From Dendrobates tinctorius (Eukaryota): DNA of 64,000 nt. Where the stretch lies: the NCBI RefSeq assembly GCF_039654945.1, contig NW_027361819.1:2852001-2916000 (forward strand), in the 5' to 3' direction. Below, piece by piece: positions 48,901 to 61,886 of the stretch (within the stretch, counting starts at the first letter, position 1; each line of letters opens with the position of its first letter). The notes under the pieces were generated by a model. The model was not told the origin of the DNA. It saw nothing but the letters and a program-made list of their open reading frames with translations, and made no database searches. The position numbers and the translations under genes were made by a program.

Positions 48901-50033
48901 CTCATACACAGGACGCCCCCGTACACAGGATGCCCCGCACACAGGACACTCCGCCCTCATACACAGGACGCCCCCGTACACAGGACGCCCCGCCCCCGCA
49001 CACAGGACACTCCGCCCTCATACACAGGACGCCCCACCCTCCCGCTCACAGGATGCCCTGCCCCCCGCACACAGGACACTCCGCCCCCGCACACAGGACG
49101 CCCCCGCACACAGGATACTCCACCCTCATACACAGGATGCCCCGCCCTCGCACACAGGACACCCCCGCCCCCCCCGCACACAGGACACTCCGCCCCCGTA
49201 CACAGGACGCCCCGCCCCCGCACACTGGACGCCCCGCCCCCGCACACTGGACACTCTGCCCCCGCACACAGGACGCCCCCGCACACAGGATACTCCACCC
49301 TCATACACAGGATGCCCCACCCTCATACACAGGATGCCCCGCCCCCGCACACTCCGCCCTCATACACAGGACGCCCCCGTACACAGGATGCCCCGCCCCC
49401 ACACACAGGACACTCCGCCCTCATACACAGGACGCCCTCGTACACAGGACGCCCCGCCCCCGCACACAGGACACTCCGCCCTCATACACAGGACGCCCCT
49501 GTACACAGGATGCCCCCGCCCCCGCACACAGGACACTCCGCCCTCATACACAGGACGCCCCCGTACACAGGATGCCCCGCCCCCGCACACAGGACACTCC
49601 GCCCTCATACACAGGACGCCCCCGCACACAGGACACTCCGCCCTCATACACAGGACGCCCCCGTACACAGGACACCCCCGCCCCCGCACACAGGATACTC
49701 CGCCCTCATACACAGGACCCCCCGCACACAGGAAACCCCGCCCCCTCCCAAAGGACACCCCGCCCTCGCACACAGGACGCCCCACTCACGCACACAGGAC
49801 GCCCCGCCCTCGCACACAGGACGCCCCACCCTCGTGCACAGGAAGCCCCACAAACAAGACGCCCCGCCCTCATACACAGGATGCCCCGCCCCACACACAG
49901 GAAGCCCCACAAACAAGACGCCCCGCCCTCATACACAGGATGCCCCGCCCCACACAAAGGAAGCCCCACAAACAAGACGCCCCGCCCTCATACACAGGAG
50001 GCCCCAGCCTCGTACACAGGACGCCCCGCACAC
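45960..50033. repeat. C-rich, CpG-rich minisatellite, about 22-bp unit
   Basis: Variants of acacaggacactccgcccccgc fill most of the interval between mvp and the FIMP-like gene. Confidence 0.93.
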
Positions 50034-50089
50034 AGCATGTCCCCACCTTTGCATACACAACGCTACACTGATGAGTTTGTGTTTCTAGG

Positions 50090-50095
50090 TTTATT
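50090..50095 (-). terminator. Putative mvp polyadenylation signal AATAAA
   Basis: tttatt on +; first such hexamer seen, about 510 nt after the mvp stop. Confidence 0.6.
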
Positions 50096-50208
50096 AGAGA
50101 TGTCTGCCCCACACTGGGCTTAAGGCACAAGTCAGAACCTGAGAATATCATGCAGGATCTCAACAGTGATTGCAACAGTGCAAGGAGGAATGGAGTGGGG
50201 TAAGGCTA

Positions 50209-50507
50209 CAGCACAGTACATAACAGTGCTGGAGAGCAACTACCGCTGAGGAGCAGCACAGTACATAACAGTGCTGGAGAGCAACTACCACTGAGGAGCA
50301 GCACAGTACATAACAGTGCTGGAGAGCAACTACCGCGGAGGAGCAGCACAGTACACAACAGTGCTGGAGAGCAACTACCGCGGAGGAGCAGCACAGTACA
50401 TAACAGTGCTGGAGAGCAACTACCGCTGAGGAGCAGCACAGTACATAACAGTGCTGGAGAGCAACTACCGCTGAGGAGCAGCACAGTACATAACAGTGCT
50501 GGAGAGC
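50209..50507. repeat. 45-bp tandem repeat in the predicted mvp 3' UTR
   Basis: Unit gcacagtacataacagtgctggagagcaactaccgctgaggagca, about 6.6 copies. Confidence 0.88.
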
Positions 50508-50606
50508 CCAGGCCAGCAGGACACACAGCAAGTAAAGGGGTGGGATAGGTGGGAGGGGGCAGAGACCAGGGGTAGCCACATGACTGGGTTGGAAGGGGGA
50601 GTTCTT

Positions 50607-53600
50607 TCATTTCTCGTCATCTTTCTTTTGGGGTCCGATGCCGGGAAGCCCCAGGAGTCCGGTTGCAGTGCTGAAGAGGTTGATGGGAGTGGAGCCATCT
50701 GTGATCAGTGTTGACTGGATGCCCAGACCCTGCAGCAGCTTCACCTGGGAGAACAAAGGGTTAATGGTCAGGCTGCAGACGATGACGCTGCGGCCGCAGT
50801 GCAGAGAGAAGACAGGGGCACCCACCTGCAGCTCCGGCCCGGCCAGCGCGATGTCCCGCAGGGTTCCCGCACCGATCGCCTCGGTCATTCCCCGGAACTT
50901 CTTGATGGCGATGTCGGCCAGCTCCTGCTCCTTCTCCACCTCCAGCTTGTTCTTCTCCTGCAGATACTTCAGCTCCTCGCTGCGAGCCTGGCGCAACCGC
51001 TGCAGCTCCGCATCCTGGACATGGCAGGAAGAGGGCACTCAAGAGATGACCACACCCATGAGGAAACCGCCCATCACCGCCCTACCAGGCATCGCACTGC
51101 CATCACCCAGCCCGGCACCGCCCCACCCGGCACTGCACCACCCAGCCCAGCATTGCCCCGCTCGGCACCGCCCCACCCAGCCTGGCACCATCTAACCTGG
51201 CACCGCTCCACCCAGCCTGGCACCGCCCCGACACCATCCAGCCTGGCACTGCCCCAACACCATCCAGCCTGCACCACCCCGACACCACCCAGGCACCATC
51301 CAGCCTAGCACCATCCAACCTGGCACCGCTCACCGTCTCTATGGCCAGGGCCTCCGCTCGCAGCTTGGCTTGCAGCACCGCTCCCTCGCCCTCGATCTTT
51401 GCGGCCTCCGCTTTGGACTGCGCTTCGGCTTTTGCGGCTCCGGTGCTCTCTACAACGGTGCTGATAATGGAGGACGTGGGGTTAAAGGGGCACCCCAACC
51501 ACAGACATAAAGCCTCCTATTCACTATTAGGGGGCTCATCCTAGACTCATATACAGGGCCTCCCCTCTACCTTAGGGCCTCCAGCTCCAGCAGCTCCTTG
51601 CGCGCTCTCTCGGCCTCCGCCTGGTCGGTGATTCGCTGCCTCTCCAGACGACCCTTCGCCTCTTGCTCCAATCTTTCAGCTTCGTGTCTGCAGGGAGACA
51701 GCAAAAAAGAGGTTAACATCCCAAAATATCTACCGGGTGCAGTACCCACTAACACAACTAGGTGGCACTTCAGGCACAGGAAAAATCCCTGCACGGGCAG
51801 CCCTCTGTGTTAACCCTTTCGCGCCTGTTCTCGTTTTCCAACAGGCATTAATGGGGAAGGGGCAGTTTCGCCTTTGATTTTAGGATCTCTGCTTTCTGCA
51901 AGTAAATGTAAACCTTGTAAAAAAATCCCTTATACTTCTCAGAGCTGAGGCTTTGGTACAATTGTATCAAACCCTCAGCTGTGAGACGCGAGAGGTCTCT
52001 GAAAGGAAGCAGAGATCTCGGAAACGAGAGGAATCGAGACAGAGGGACGCATGGGAGGCTGCGGGGCGTCACCTGGCCGTCGCCTCCTGGGAGTTGGTGG
52101 TGATCTCGATGGCGAGCTGCACGCTCTTCTGCAGGGCGTCGCGGGTGCGCTGGTCCACGGGCTCCACCGATTGGATGTCCACGCTGGTGATCACCAGGTT
52201 GTTCTGCGGGAACTTGAAGGAGCTGCGGATCTTCACCGAGTCGTCGAAACCAAAGACGGCCGAGCAGATGATGCGGTTGGAGTTCTGGGCGCGAGAGGAG
52301 AAGAGCAGGATCAGCCATCATGGCGGGACAAAACCATTGGGGCCCCTAGAGATGGTGCTTGTGGCCCCTTATGTCTCACCTTGTGGAAGTCATCAAACTG
52401 CACCGAGGCCACGGCTCCTCTGATCCGGGAGGCGATGGCTTTACAGGCGTCGCCCACGAAGTCCGGGACGCTGAAAATGGTTGACGCCTCCAGCGGATCA
52501 GTCTTATCCTTTATCTCGAAATGCCTGTGAGACACGGAGAACACCGACATCAGCGCCTTCTGCACCGAACAGTCGCCACAGGGAGCTAGCGCCTCCCACC
52601 TGACTCTTTAAAGACAAGTCTGCGGGCACTTGACCCATCTCGGCTCTGCTGATTGGCTGTCGGAGTTCACAGGGGAGGGGCCAGACCTAATCAATCTCCA
52701 TGTCGGGTGTTTGGTGCAGTTGTGGCCTCTAATTCAGGGTCATTAGAAGAGAGACCCTTCCTGCTGACTGACTCCTTTAAGAATTTGCTCCAACTCATCT
52801 CATGACTCATTTACGGTTTCCTTACCGACGATCAAAAAACGAGGAACGAGAAATTCCCCAAATATTTATCTGATGAGTAAATGCAAATAAAAGGCCGGGA
52901 AATTGGGAAATAGTCGCTGACTAAAAGGCTCCCATTACCAAGTGTAGGCGGATATAAAGGGGAAACTCATAAACAACTCCCCGCACCCCGACCTTAGCGA
53001 CCTCTGACCTCAGACTCACCAGTTGTATGACAGCTGGATCTGGAGCCGCGCGTGATCCGCCGTCTCAATATTGATGAGGTCGGTGCAGAAGTCGGGCCCC
53101 AGGAGGAGGCAGATGGCCTTAATGACGTTGGAGCGTTTCGGGGTTCCTCCTGAGAGACTGAGGACTGTGAACTGCTCATCGGGGCCAAGGATCACCAGCT
53201 CGGGGCCAAACACAACCCTGCAAGACAGAATGAGATGGTTAAATACAAACCCTGCAAGAATACAAGATCACTCCCATCATCCACATTATAACAGAGTAGA
53301 TAATATGATGCCTCTTGCTCCTCTCCTGGGCCTTGTATGCTTCCACACTGTCATGCAGAAGGCAAGGGCCGGGAGAGGAGCAAGAGGCAAGGGCCGGGAG
53401 AGGAGCAAGAGGCAAGGGCCGGGAGAGGAGCAAGAGGCAAGGGCCGGGAGAGGAGCAAGAGGCAAGGCCCGGGAGAGGAGCAAGAGGCAGGGGCCTGGAG
53501 AGGAGCAAGAGGCAGGGGCCTGGAGAGGAGCAAGAGGCAGGGGCCTGGAGAGGAGCAAGAGGCAGGGGCCTGGAGAGGAGCAAGAGGCAGGGGCCTGGAG

Positions 53601-56600
53601 AGGAGCAAGAGGCAGGGGCCTGGAGAGGAGCAAGAGGCAGGGGCCTGGAGAGGAGCAAGAGGCAAGGCCCAGGAGAGGAGCAAGAGGCAAGGCCCAGGAG
53701 AGGAGCAAGAGGCAAGGGCCAAGAGAGGCAGGGGCTTGGAGAGGAGCGAGAGGCAAGGCCCAGGAGAGGAGCAAGAGGCAAGGGCCAAGAGAGGAGCAAG
53801 AGGCAAGAGCCAAGAGAGGAGCAAGAGGCAAGAGCCAAGAGAGGAGCAAGAGGCAAGAGCCAAGAGAGGAGCAAGAGGCAAGAGCCAGGAGAGGAGCAAG
53901 AGGCAAGAGCAAGGAGAGGAGCGAGTGGCAAGGGCCAGGAGAGCAGCAAGAGGCAAGGGCCAGGAGAGGAGCAAGAGGCAAGGGCCAGGAGAGGAGCAAG
54001 AGGCAAGGGCCAGGAGAGGAGCAAGAGGCAAGGGCCAGGAGAGGAGCAAGAGGCAAGGGCCAGGAGAGGAGCAAGAGGCAAGGGCCAGGAGAGGAGCAAG
54101 AGGCAAGGGCCAGGAGAGGAGCAAGAGGCAAGGGCCAGGAGAGGAGCAAGAGGCAAGGGCCAGGAGAGGAGCAAGAGGCAAGGCTTGGGAGAGGAGCGAG
54201 AGGCAAGGTCTGGGAGAGGAGCGAGAGGCAAGGTCTGGGAGAGGAGCGAGAGGCAAGGTTCAGGAGAGGCAAGGCCTGGGAGAGGAGCGAGAGGCAAGGC
54301 TCGGGAGAGGAACGAGAGGCAAGGGCCAGGAGAGGACTGAGAGGCAAGGTCTGGGAAAGGAGCGAGAGGCAAGGCTCAGGAGAGGCAAGACTCAGGAGAG
54401 GACTGAGAGGCAAGGTCTGGGAAAGGAGCGAGAGGCAAGGCTCAGGAGAGGCAAGACTCGGGAGAGGAGCGAGAGGCAAGGCCCAGGAGAGAAGCGAGAG
54501 GCAAGGCCCAGGAGAGAAGCGAGAGGCAAGGCCCAGGAGAGAAGCGAGAGGCAAGGCCCAGGAGAGAAGCGAGAGGCAAGGCCCAGGAGAGAAGCGAGAG
54601 GCAAGGCCCAGGAGAGAAGCGAGAGGCAAGGCCCAGGAGAGAAGCGAGAGGCAAGGCCCAGGAGAGAAGCGAGAGGCAAGGCCCAGGAGAGGAGCGAGAG
54701 GCAAGGCCCAGGAGAGGAGCGAGAGGCAAGGCCCAGGAGAGGAGCGAGAGGCAAGGCCCAGGAGAGGAGCGAGAGGCAAGGCCCAGGAGAGGAGCGAGAG
54801 GCAAGGGCCAGGAGAGGAGCAAGAGGCAAGGGCCAAGAGGAGCAAGAGGCAAGGGCCAAGAGGAGCAAGAGGCAAGGGCCAGGAGAGGAGCAAGAGGCAA
54901 GGGCCAGGAGAGGAGCAAGAGGCAAGGGCCAGGAGAGGAGCGAGTGGCAAGGGCCAGGAGAGGAGCGAGTGGCAAGGGCCAGGAGAGGAGCGAGTGGCAA
55001 GGGCCAGGAGAGGAGCGAGAGGCAAGGGCCAGGAGAGGAGCAAGAGGCAAGGGCCAGGAGAGGAGCAAGAGGCAAGGGCCAGGAGAGGAGCAAGAGGCAA
55101 GGGCCAGGAGAGGAGCAAGAGGCAAGGGCCAGGAGAGGAGCAAGAGGCAAGGGCCAGGAGAGGAGCGAGAGGCAAGGCTCAGGAGAGGCAAGGCCCAGGA
55201 GAGGAGCGAGAGGCAAGGCTCGGGAGAGGAACGAGAGGCAAGGGCCAGGAGAGGACTGAGAGGCAAGGTCTGGGAGAGGAGCGAGAGGCAAGGCTCAGGA
55301 GAGGCAAGACCCGGGAGAGGAGCGAGAGGCAAGGCCTGGGAGAGGAAAGGCCCAGGAGAGAAGCGAGAGGCAAGGCATGGGAGAGGAACGAGAGGCAAGG
55401 TCTGGGAGAGGAGCGAGAGGCAAGGCTCAGGAGAGGCAAGGCCCAGGAGAGGCAAGGCCCAGGAGAGGAGTGAGAGGCAAGGCTCGGGAGAGGAACGAGA
55501 GGCAAGGGCCAGGAGAGGACTGAGAGGCAAAGACCAGGAGAGGCAAAGCCAGGGAGAGAAGCAAGAAGCAAGGCCTGGGAGAGGAGTGAGAGGCAAGGCA
55601 CGAGAGGCAAGGTTCAGGAGAGGCAAGGCTCAGGAGAGACATGAGATGCAAGGCCCAGGAAAGGCAAGCCCAGGAGAGGAGTGGGAGGCAAGGCCTGGCA
55701 GAGGATGAAGCAAGGCCTTGGAGAGGCAAGGCCTGGGAGAGACATGAAAGATAAGGTCCAGGAGAGGCAAGGCCCGGGAGAGGAGCGAGAGGCAAGACCC
55801 AGTAGAGGAGTGAGAGGCGAGGCACGAGAGGCAAGGCTTAGGAGAGACATGAGATGTAAGGCCCAGGAAATGCAAGCCCAGGAGAGGAGTGGGAGGTAAA
55901 GCCTGGCAGAGGAGTGAGGCAAGGCCTGGAAGAGACATGAAAGGTAAGGTTCAGAAGAGGCAAGGCCCAGGAGAGACACGAGGTGCAAGGCCCAGGAAAG
56001 GCAAGCCCAAAAGAGTAAGAGGCAAGGCCCATGAAAGGCAAGGCCCGGGAGCGACAAGCCTCAGGAAAGGCAATGCCTGGGAGAGGCGTAAGAGGCAAGG
56101 CCCAGGAGACATATGAGATGCAAGGCCCAGGAGATGCGAGGTAAGAGAGGCGAGGCCTGGAAGAAGCGAGGCCAGAGACATAATGCCCAAGAGAGGCGTG
56201 AGATGTAAGAACAAAAACCGTTGGCACAACCCTGAAGATTAAAGGTGGTGCCCAAGTAGGATCCCAATCCGTGAATCTGATATATGTAAGAACTTGGCAC
56301 ACACCAAGAGCTCTGATGCAGAAAGGTGATTTTTAATAGATAACAGTACATACATACACAGACGTTTCGGTCTAGGACCTTCATCAATGTACGATATAAT
56401 GCACTGTGAGATTCTTAGTGACTGGGCTCTGTGAAATGGATCAGTCCTATGAGGAGGCACATGTAGCCGTCCCACGTGGTAATATGCAGAGTGTGGACGC
56501 GGTATCCGCACCTTGGATTCGCGGCGGATACCGTGTCCACACTCTGCATATTACCACGTGGGACGGCTACATGTGCCTCCTCATAGGACTGATCCATTTC

Positions 56601-59600
56601 ACAGAGCCCAGTCACTAAGAATCTCACAGTGCATTATATCGTACATTGATGAAGGTCCTAGACCGAAACGTCTGTGTATGTATGTACTGTTATCTATTAA
56701 AAATCACCTTTCTGCATCAGAGCTCTTGGTGTGTGCCAAGTTCTTACATATAATAGGCGTGAGATGTAAGACCCAGGACAGGCATGAGGCTACACACAGC
56801 ATGTCACATGCAGTGAGCAAACATCAACTCACAGTTAAGCTATGTGCACACGGTTCGGATTCTGCTGCATTGTACAGTACCATTGTTTTCAATGGTAAAA
56901 CCAAAAACGCTGTGCACATGTTGCGGTTTTTTCCACGCGGTTTTGCTGTGGGTTACAATCCGCAGCATGTCAATTCTTTGTGCGGATTCCGATGCTGTTT
57001 CACACCTTCCCATTGTGAGGTGTGAAACCGCAGGACTTTTGACCTGCGGATTTACCTGCGGATTTTTACAAATCCGCACGGAAAAATCCGCGGCTCTCCA
57101 AACTACATGTGCTCATAGCCTTACAATGTAGCGGCCAAAACTTATCACGTGAGATGCCCGGATTAAGGGGGGGGGGGAGGGAGTCAAGAGGGTTAGCAGG
57201 TTTTGCCTTTAGGTCGCAAAACGGTTATTTTGGCGGGGAGGCAGAGAAGTTGTAGACGGCTCACCTGGCCTTCTTCTCCCGGTAGTCATACACTTGGACA
57301 GCAGCATTATGCGGCACTCGGTAGGTCACCACTTTGGTCTTGTCTCGGGGTTGCGCCTCTTGTGTTCTGGCCCCACGGTTTGATCTGTCCGCCACAGGGT
57401 CCTTACCAGAGGCCAGGAGGGTCTCCACATTAGGAGGAAGCTCCTTCTCCCACTGCTCCTCATCATGTGTCAGCATGTAGGTGTGCCCGACGACCGCCCG
57501 CACCTGGTGGAGGCAAGAGCGCAGGGGAGTCATCTGTAGTGCATGGTGTAAGGCACAGGTGTGTCGTGAGGAAAGGGTTACATCTGGTGACCGACATGTT
57601 GGGGATGATGAGGGCGACCGTGCCAGTGGTCAGGATTCGGGGTGCGGCTCGTCTAGGATTTCACAGAGCGGCGTCCATGTTCTATTCCTGACCACAGTGA
57701 TGACTGATGAGGATACAGATGGAACGCGGCCGCCAACGTGTCCCCAGCTGCGAGGACACATCTCCATGTGCAGATGATGGGATGATGGTGGTGGTAGTCA
57801 CACTGACCTTCCCAGTTTTGATGTCTCGCACATAAATCCCTTCATTCTCATCCAGGGGGATGGACTGTCTCCGCACCACAACCTCCACCTCTACTGGGGG
57901 GACGTACTCCAGGGGACCCCTGATCATCCAGCGATCTCCAGGTTTTCGCTCAACATCGTTTCCATCCTGACAACAGAGACAATCAAGTGATGGTGGAGAG
58001 GAAGATGAGGAGCCCGAGGTCACCTCCATGGGTCATACCCACCTCGTCCTTCTCCTCCAGGACCTGCAGAGCTCTCAGGACCAGACCCTCCTCCTCCGAC
58101 AGGATGTAGACATCTTGGATTCCCGACTCCAGGCTTTCTCCAGGCTGCAAGAAGAAGGACTTCTCCCCCTGTACAGGAAAACAGACACAGCTAGGCTACG
58201 CGAAAGAGGAGAAGAGGCACGAATTCGCTACGCAGCAGAGGAGCAGAGGTGAGGATAGGCTACACGGCAGAGAAGCAGAGGCACGAATAGGCTACGCAGC
58301 AGAAGAGCAGAGGCACGAATAGGCAATACTGTATATGACTTTGGCTGATCGTCATATATGTCGGATGCGCTGGGTTTTCCGTCATCGCTGTGGGACTATT
58401 AACCATTTCATCGTTACCTTCACGACTTTCTTCTGTCCGAGTTGCGGTTTGCCGTCTGCCCCCACCGGGTCCAGGATGACACAATACTGCCGGCTGTTGA
58501 GGGTGGTGATGTCCACGACTCCCACCACCTCCTCGTACACGTTGGGGATGTAGGCCTCCGTGTCCTCCATGGTGACCAGCCATTCCTCTCCAGTTCGCCG
58601 CAGGTTACGCTTCTCATCGTTGAATGTCTTGGTGGCTCGGATATGCAGAGCTTTCTAGAAGAAAACAATCATTGCTCCTCAGGGGTTCTGCCACTTTAAG
58701 AGCTTTCCCCTAAAGCAAGAAACTCTGCAAACAGGGAGTGCACAATGTCAGGTGGATTGTGGAAAGCCGCCCTCTCACCGCGCGGCAGGTGTTCCCTTAT
58801 TGTAGCCGAGGTCACATTTCTACTGTGTAGGTGGAAGGGCGAGGCCTGGCACCCCCGACCCAGGTGCAAAGCGGTTACAGCGACATACAGACCTTTACAC
58901 TTACTAAACAGAGCCCATAAAAGTCACAGCTTTGGGGCCCGGGAAATACAGTGGCCCAATGCCAGAAGCCACTCTGGGTCTTTTATGGTGAGAATGGAGA
59001 AAGCAACACCATTGTGGAAAGTGTTGTACCAGAACCAGTGACTAACCACAAGCCTAGGCTCCTGCTGTGTCCTCCACCATGATTTACACTGCAGCTCTGA
59101 CTGTTTAAATTGCATGCAGGCAGAACAGTGTGATATGGGCAGGTAACTGTGATGTCGTATTTTACCTTGTCTGTTAGGACAAAAGCGTCTACAACATCCA
59201 CGACCTCTTCATATACACCCGGAAGATACGCGCCGACCTTCTTCACCAGCCATTCCTCCCCTACAAGGAGCAGAGAAAAGTGAGACTGACACGGACTGAG
59301 CACTGCACACTGACGGGGACGCGATGTACGCAGACCGACCCCCGACCCATTATCCGCAGACCCACCCCCGACCCATTATCCGCAGACCCACCCCCGACCC
59401 ATTATCCGCAGACCCACCCCCGACCCATTATCCGCAGACCCACCCCCGACCCATTATCCGTAGACCAACCCCCGACCCATTATCCGCAGACCCACCCCCG
59501 ACCCATTATCCGCAGACCAACCCCCGACCCATTATCCGCAGACCCACCCCCGACCCATTATCCGCAGACCCACCCCCGACCCATTATCCGCAGACCCACC

Positions 59601-61350
59601 CCCGACCCATTATCCGCAGACCCACCCCCGACCCATTATCCGCAGACCCACCCCCGACCCATTATCCGCAGACCCACCCCCGACCCATTATCCGCAGACC
59701 CACCCCCGACCCATTATCCGCAGACCCACCCCCGACCCATTATCCGCAGACCCACCCCCGACCCATTATCCGCAGACCAACCCCCGACCCAATATCCGCA
59801 GACCAACCCCCGACCCAATATCCGCAGACCCACCCCCGACCCATTATCCGCAGACCCACCCCCGACCCATTATCCGCAGACGACCCCCGGCCCATTATCC
59901 GCAGACCCACCCCCGACCCATTATCCGCAGACCGACCCCCGACCCATTATCTGCAGACCCACCCCCGACCCATTATCCGCAGACCCACCCCCGACCCATT
60001 ATCCGCAGACCAACCCCCGACCCAATATCCGCAGACCAACCCCCGACCCAATATCCGCAGACCCACCCCCGACCCATTATACGCAGACCCACCCCCGACC
60101 CATTATACGCAGACCGACCCCCGACCCATTATACGCAGACCCACCCCCGACCCATTATCCGCAGACCCACCCCCGACCCATTATCCGCAGACCCACCCCC
60201 GACCCATTATCCGCAGACCCACCCCCGACCCATTATCCGCAGACCCACCCCTGACCCATTATCCGCAGAATGACCCCCGGCCCATTATCTGCAGACCCAC
60301 CCATCATTTGTAGACTCACCGGTGACTCTGGCGCGGTCCTCGCGGTCCTGGCACTCTTTGCGCGCCCGCAGGCGGATGGCCTGATTGTGCCGGATCACTG
60401 TTGCTTGGATGGTCTGTACCACTTCCACCTCCTTCCGGGGGATGTAGGTGCCTACATGGGGCGACGAGTCACACCTCAGTGCCCCCATATTAGAGGCTCA
60501 CAGTCACTGATCATCTACATCAGATCCTACCTGGACCCTCGAAGAGCCACTCGTCACCGGCCACAAACTTCTCACTGTCATCCTCGAAATCCAGCAGAGC
60601 CTTGAGGTGAAGGGCGGTGTTGGCGAGGACCACGGTCAGCGGGATGATGCCCTGAGCCCAGGAGGAAAGAGTTAATTGTTAAATTCTGTGTATTCTAATT
60701 GGTTGTCCAACAGATTAACGAGTCACATGATGTTCCTGCCGCCTGACTCTTTGCAAACGGGAAGAAGTCAGGGGGGCGGGCACACTTCTGAGTGGCTTTA
60801 AAGGGGCGTTGCGATTCGGCAGTAGATATATATAAATTTACACACCAGCTGCTGCTGCTCCCCCGGGTACAGCGGGAACGGATCCTGGGCCAGCCGGATC
60901 TCTCGGTCTCCATGTCGCAGCTTGGCCTGTCCTACGTCATCGAACTGAACGCTGCTCCCGGCGTCCCGCAGCACTGGGTTCTGGATCACACAGTAGTGAC
61001 GCGGCGGCACCATCACCATGCGGACCGGGTGGAAGAGAACCCTGCAGGACAGGACATACACGGCGCGTGCGAGTCAGCAGGGGGCGCCACAGAGCAATGG
61101 AGGAAGCGCCGTCCTGAGGCATGATGGGATATACACGCCATCGATTATAACGGGTCTTTACGACGCGGCTCAGGAGAGACCCCTTTAAACTTATACCCAT
61201 GTCACTCCCCAGCCCGCAGGGGTCTCACCTCTCATTGTCCTGCCGGATGTAGGTTTTGGGTCCGGTCTCCACGCGGGAGATGTTGCTGTTCTGGTCCAGT
61301 ACATGGATGTAATGATACGGTGGGATACGGATGATGGACTCTTCAGTCAT
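50607..61350 (-). CDS. mvp: Major vault protein, 16 coding exons, 850 aa
   Basis: GT-AG exons: 61350-61229, 61041-60846, 60651-60531, 60451-60320, 59260-59166, 58654-58418, 58168-58043, 57966-57808, 57503-57265, 53217-53020, 52524-52380, 52284-52073, 51687-51571, 51460-51334, 51014-50826, 50744-50607. Sum 2553 nt, in frame. Starts [23 protein letters not shown]; vault repeats GEEWLV; shoulder [17 protein letters not shown]; cap [17 protein letters not shown] and [14 protein letters not shown]. Confidence 0.97.
53358..56193. repeat. Purine-rich 25-bp minisatellite in an mvp intron
   Basis: Unit ggcaagggccaggagaggagcaaga, degenerating towards 56190. Confidence 0.92.
56211..56754. mobile_element. 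Palindromic Penelope-like element remnant (inverted pseudo-LTR segments plus a tail)
   Basis: 17-bp direct repeat aggcgtgagatgtaaga at 56194-56210 and 56755-56771. 229-bp arms at 56281-56509 and 56524-56752. 70-bp unpaired tail at 56211-56280. Hammerhead-like motif in each arm. Confidence 0.75.
56641..56677 (+). ncRNA. Minimal type I hammerhead ribozyme-like motif (mirror copy on the minus strand at 56356-56392)
   Basis: gtaca-TTGATGA-a-GGTC-cta-GACC-GAAAC-GTC-tgtgt: core boxes, 4-bp stem II, palindromic ACGT stem III, GUC cleavage triplet. C3-to-U variant and one extra A. Confidence 0.6.
56835..57123. mobile_element. MITE, probably PIF/Harbinger-like
   Basis: Imperfect TIRs taagctatgtgcacacg / catgtgctcatagcctta, TTA/TAA flanks and internal tgcgg/ccgca repeats. 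Confidence 0.6.
59329..60302. repeat. 26-bp C-rich minisatellite filling an mvp intron
   Basis: Unit cagacccacccccgacccattatccg, about 37 copies. Confidence 0.93.
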
Positions 61351-61886
61351 TCTCAGGCCGGACACGACTGGGGGGGGGGGGGGGGGGGGGGGGAGAATAC
61401 GCCATGATTAGCGAGAGCGGCACCGTAATGAACCGGATATTATAACTCGCCCATATTCTGGATATTGGGGGGCAGAAGCCGCCATCATGGGACCTCCATC
61501 ATTCCCATCACTATCACCCCATAAAATACTCTTAGAGGCTCAGCCTATGACATCATCGCGGTTTCGCCATCGTCCACCAACCTACAAGAAACGCTCCGTA
61601 TTCGCCGCTTTCATCTACGTGACTGGGAAGTGAAAGTAAAATCCAACATCCCCCCCCCCCCCCCCGGACAGACGGACGGAGGGACAGACGGGGGGCTGCA
61701 CCGACGCAGCCTCTACCCGCGCTGCAGACCCCACGCTGCCACTTCTGCGAGACGCTCCCCTCCCCCCGGTCTTCTTTACATTTCCAGGAAGCTCTGCGCG
61801 CCCCCCTCTGCTGCCCCCCAACTGTGCACCCTGCTGGCCGCCTAGGGGCAGGCGAGACCCCCAACATTCCCCAGTAACCCAGTTAC

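Noticed and set aside
45884-50123. 1395-aa, 751-aa and 699-aa Pro/His/Thr-rich ORFs
   Set aside because: Open in several frames on both strands because the 22-bp repeat lacks stops; no domain or splice context.
53071-55708. 800-aa Arg/Glu/Gly-rich ORF and antisense Leu-rich ORFs
   Set aside because: 25-bp purine-rich intronic minisatellite; all frames are open.
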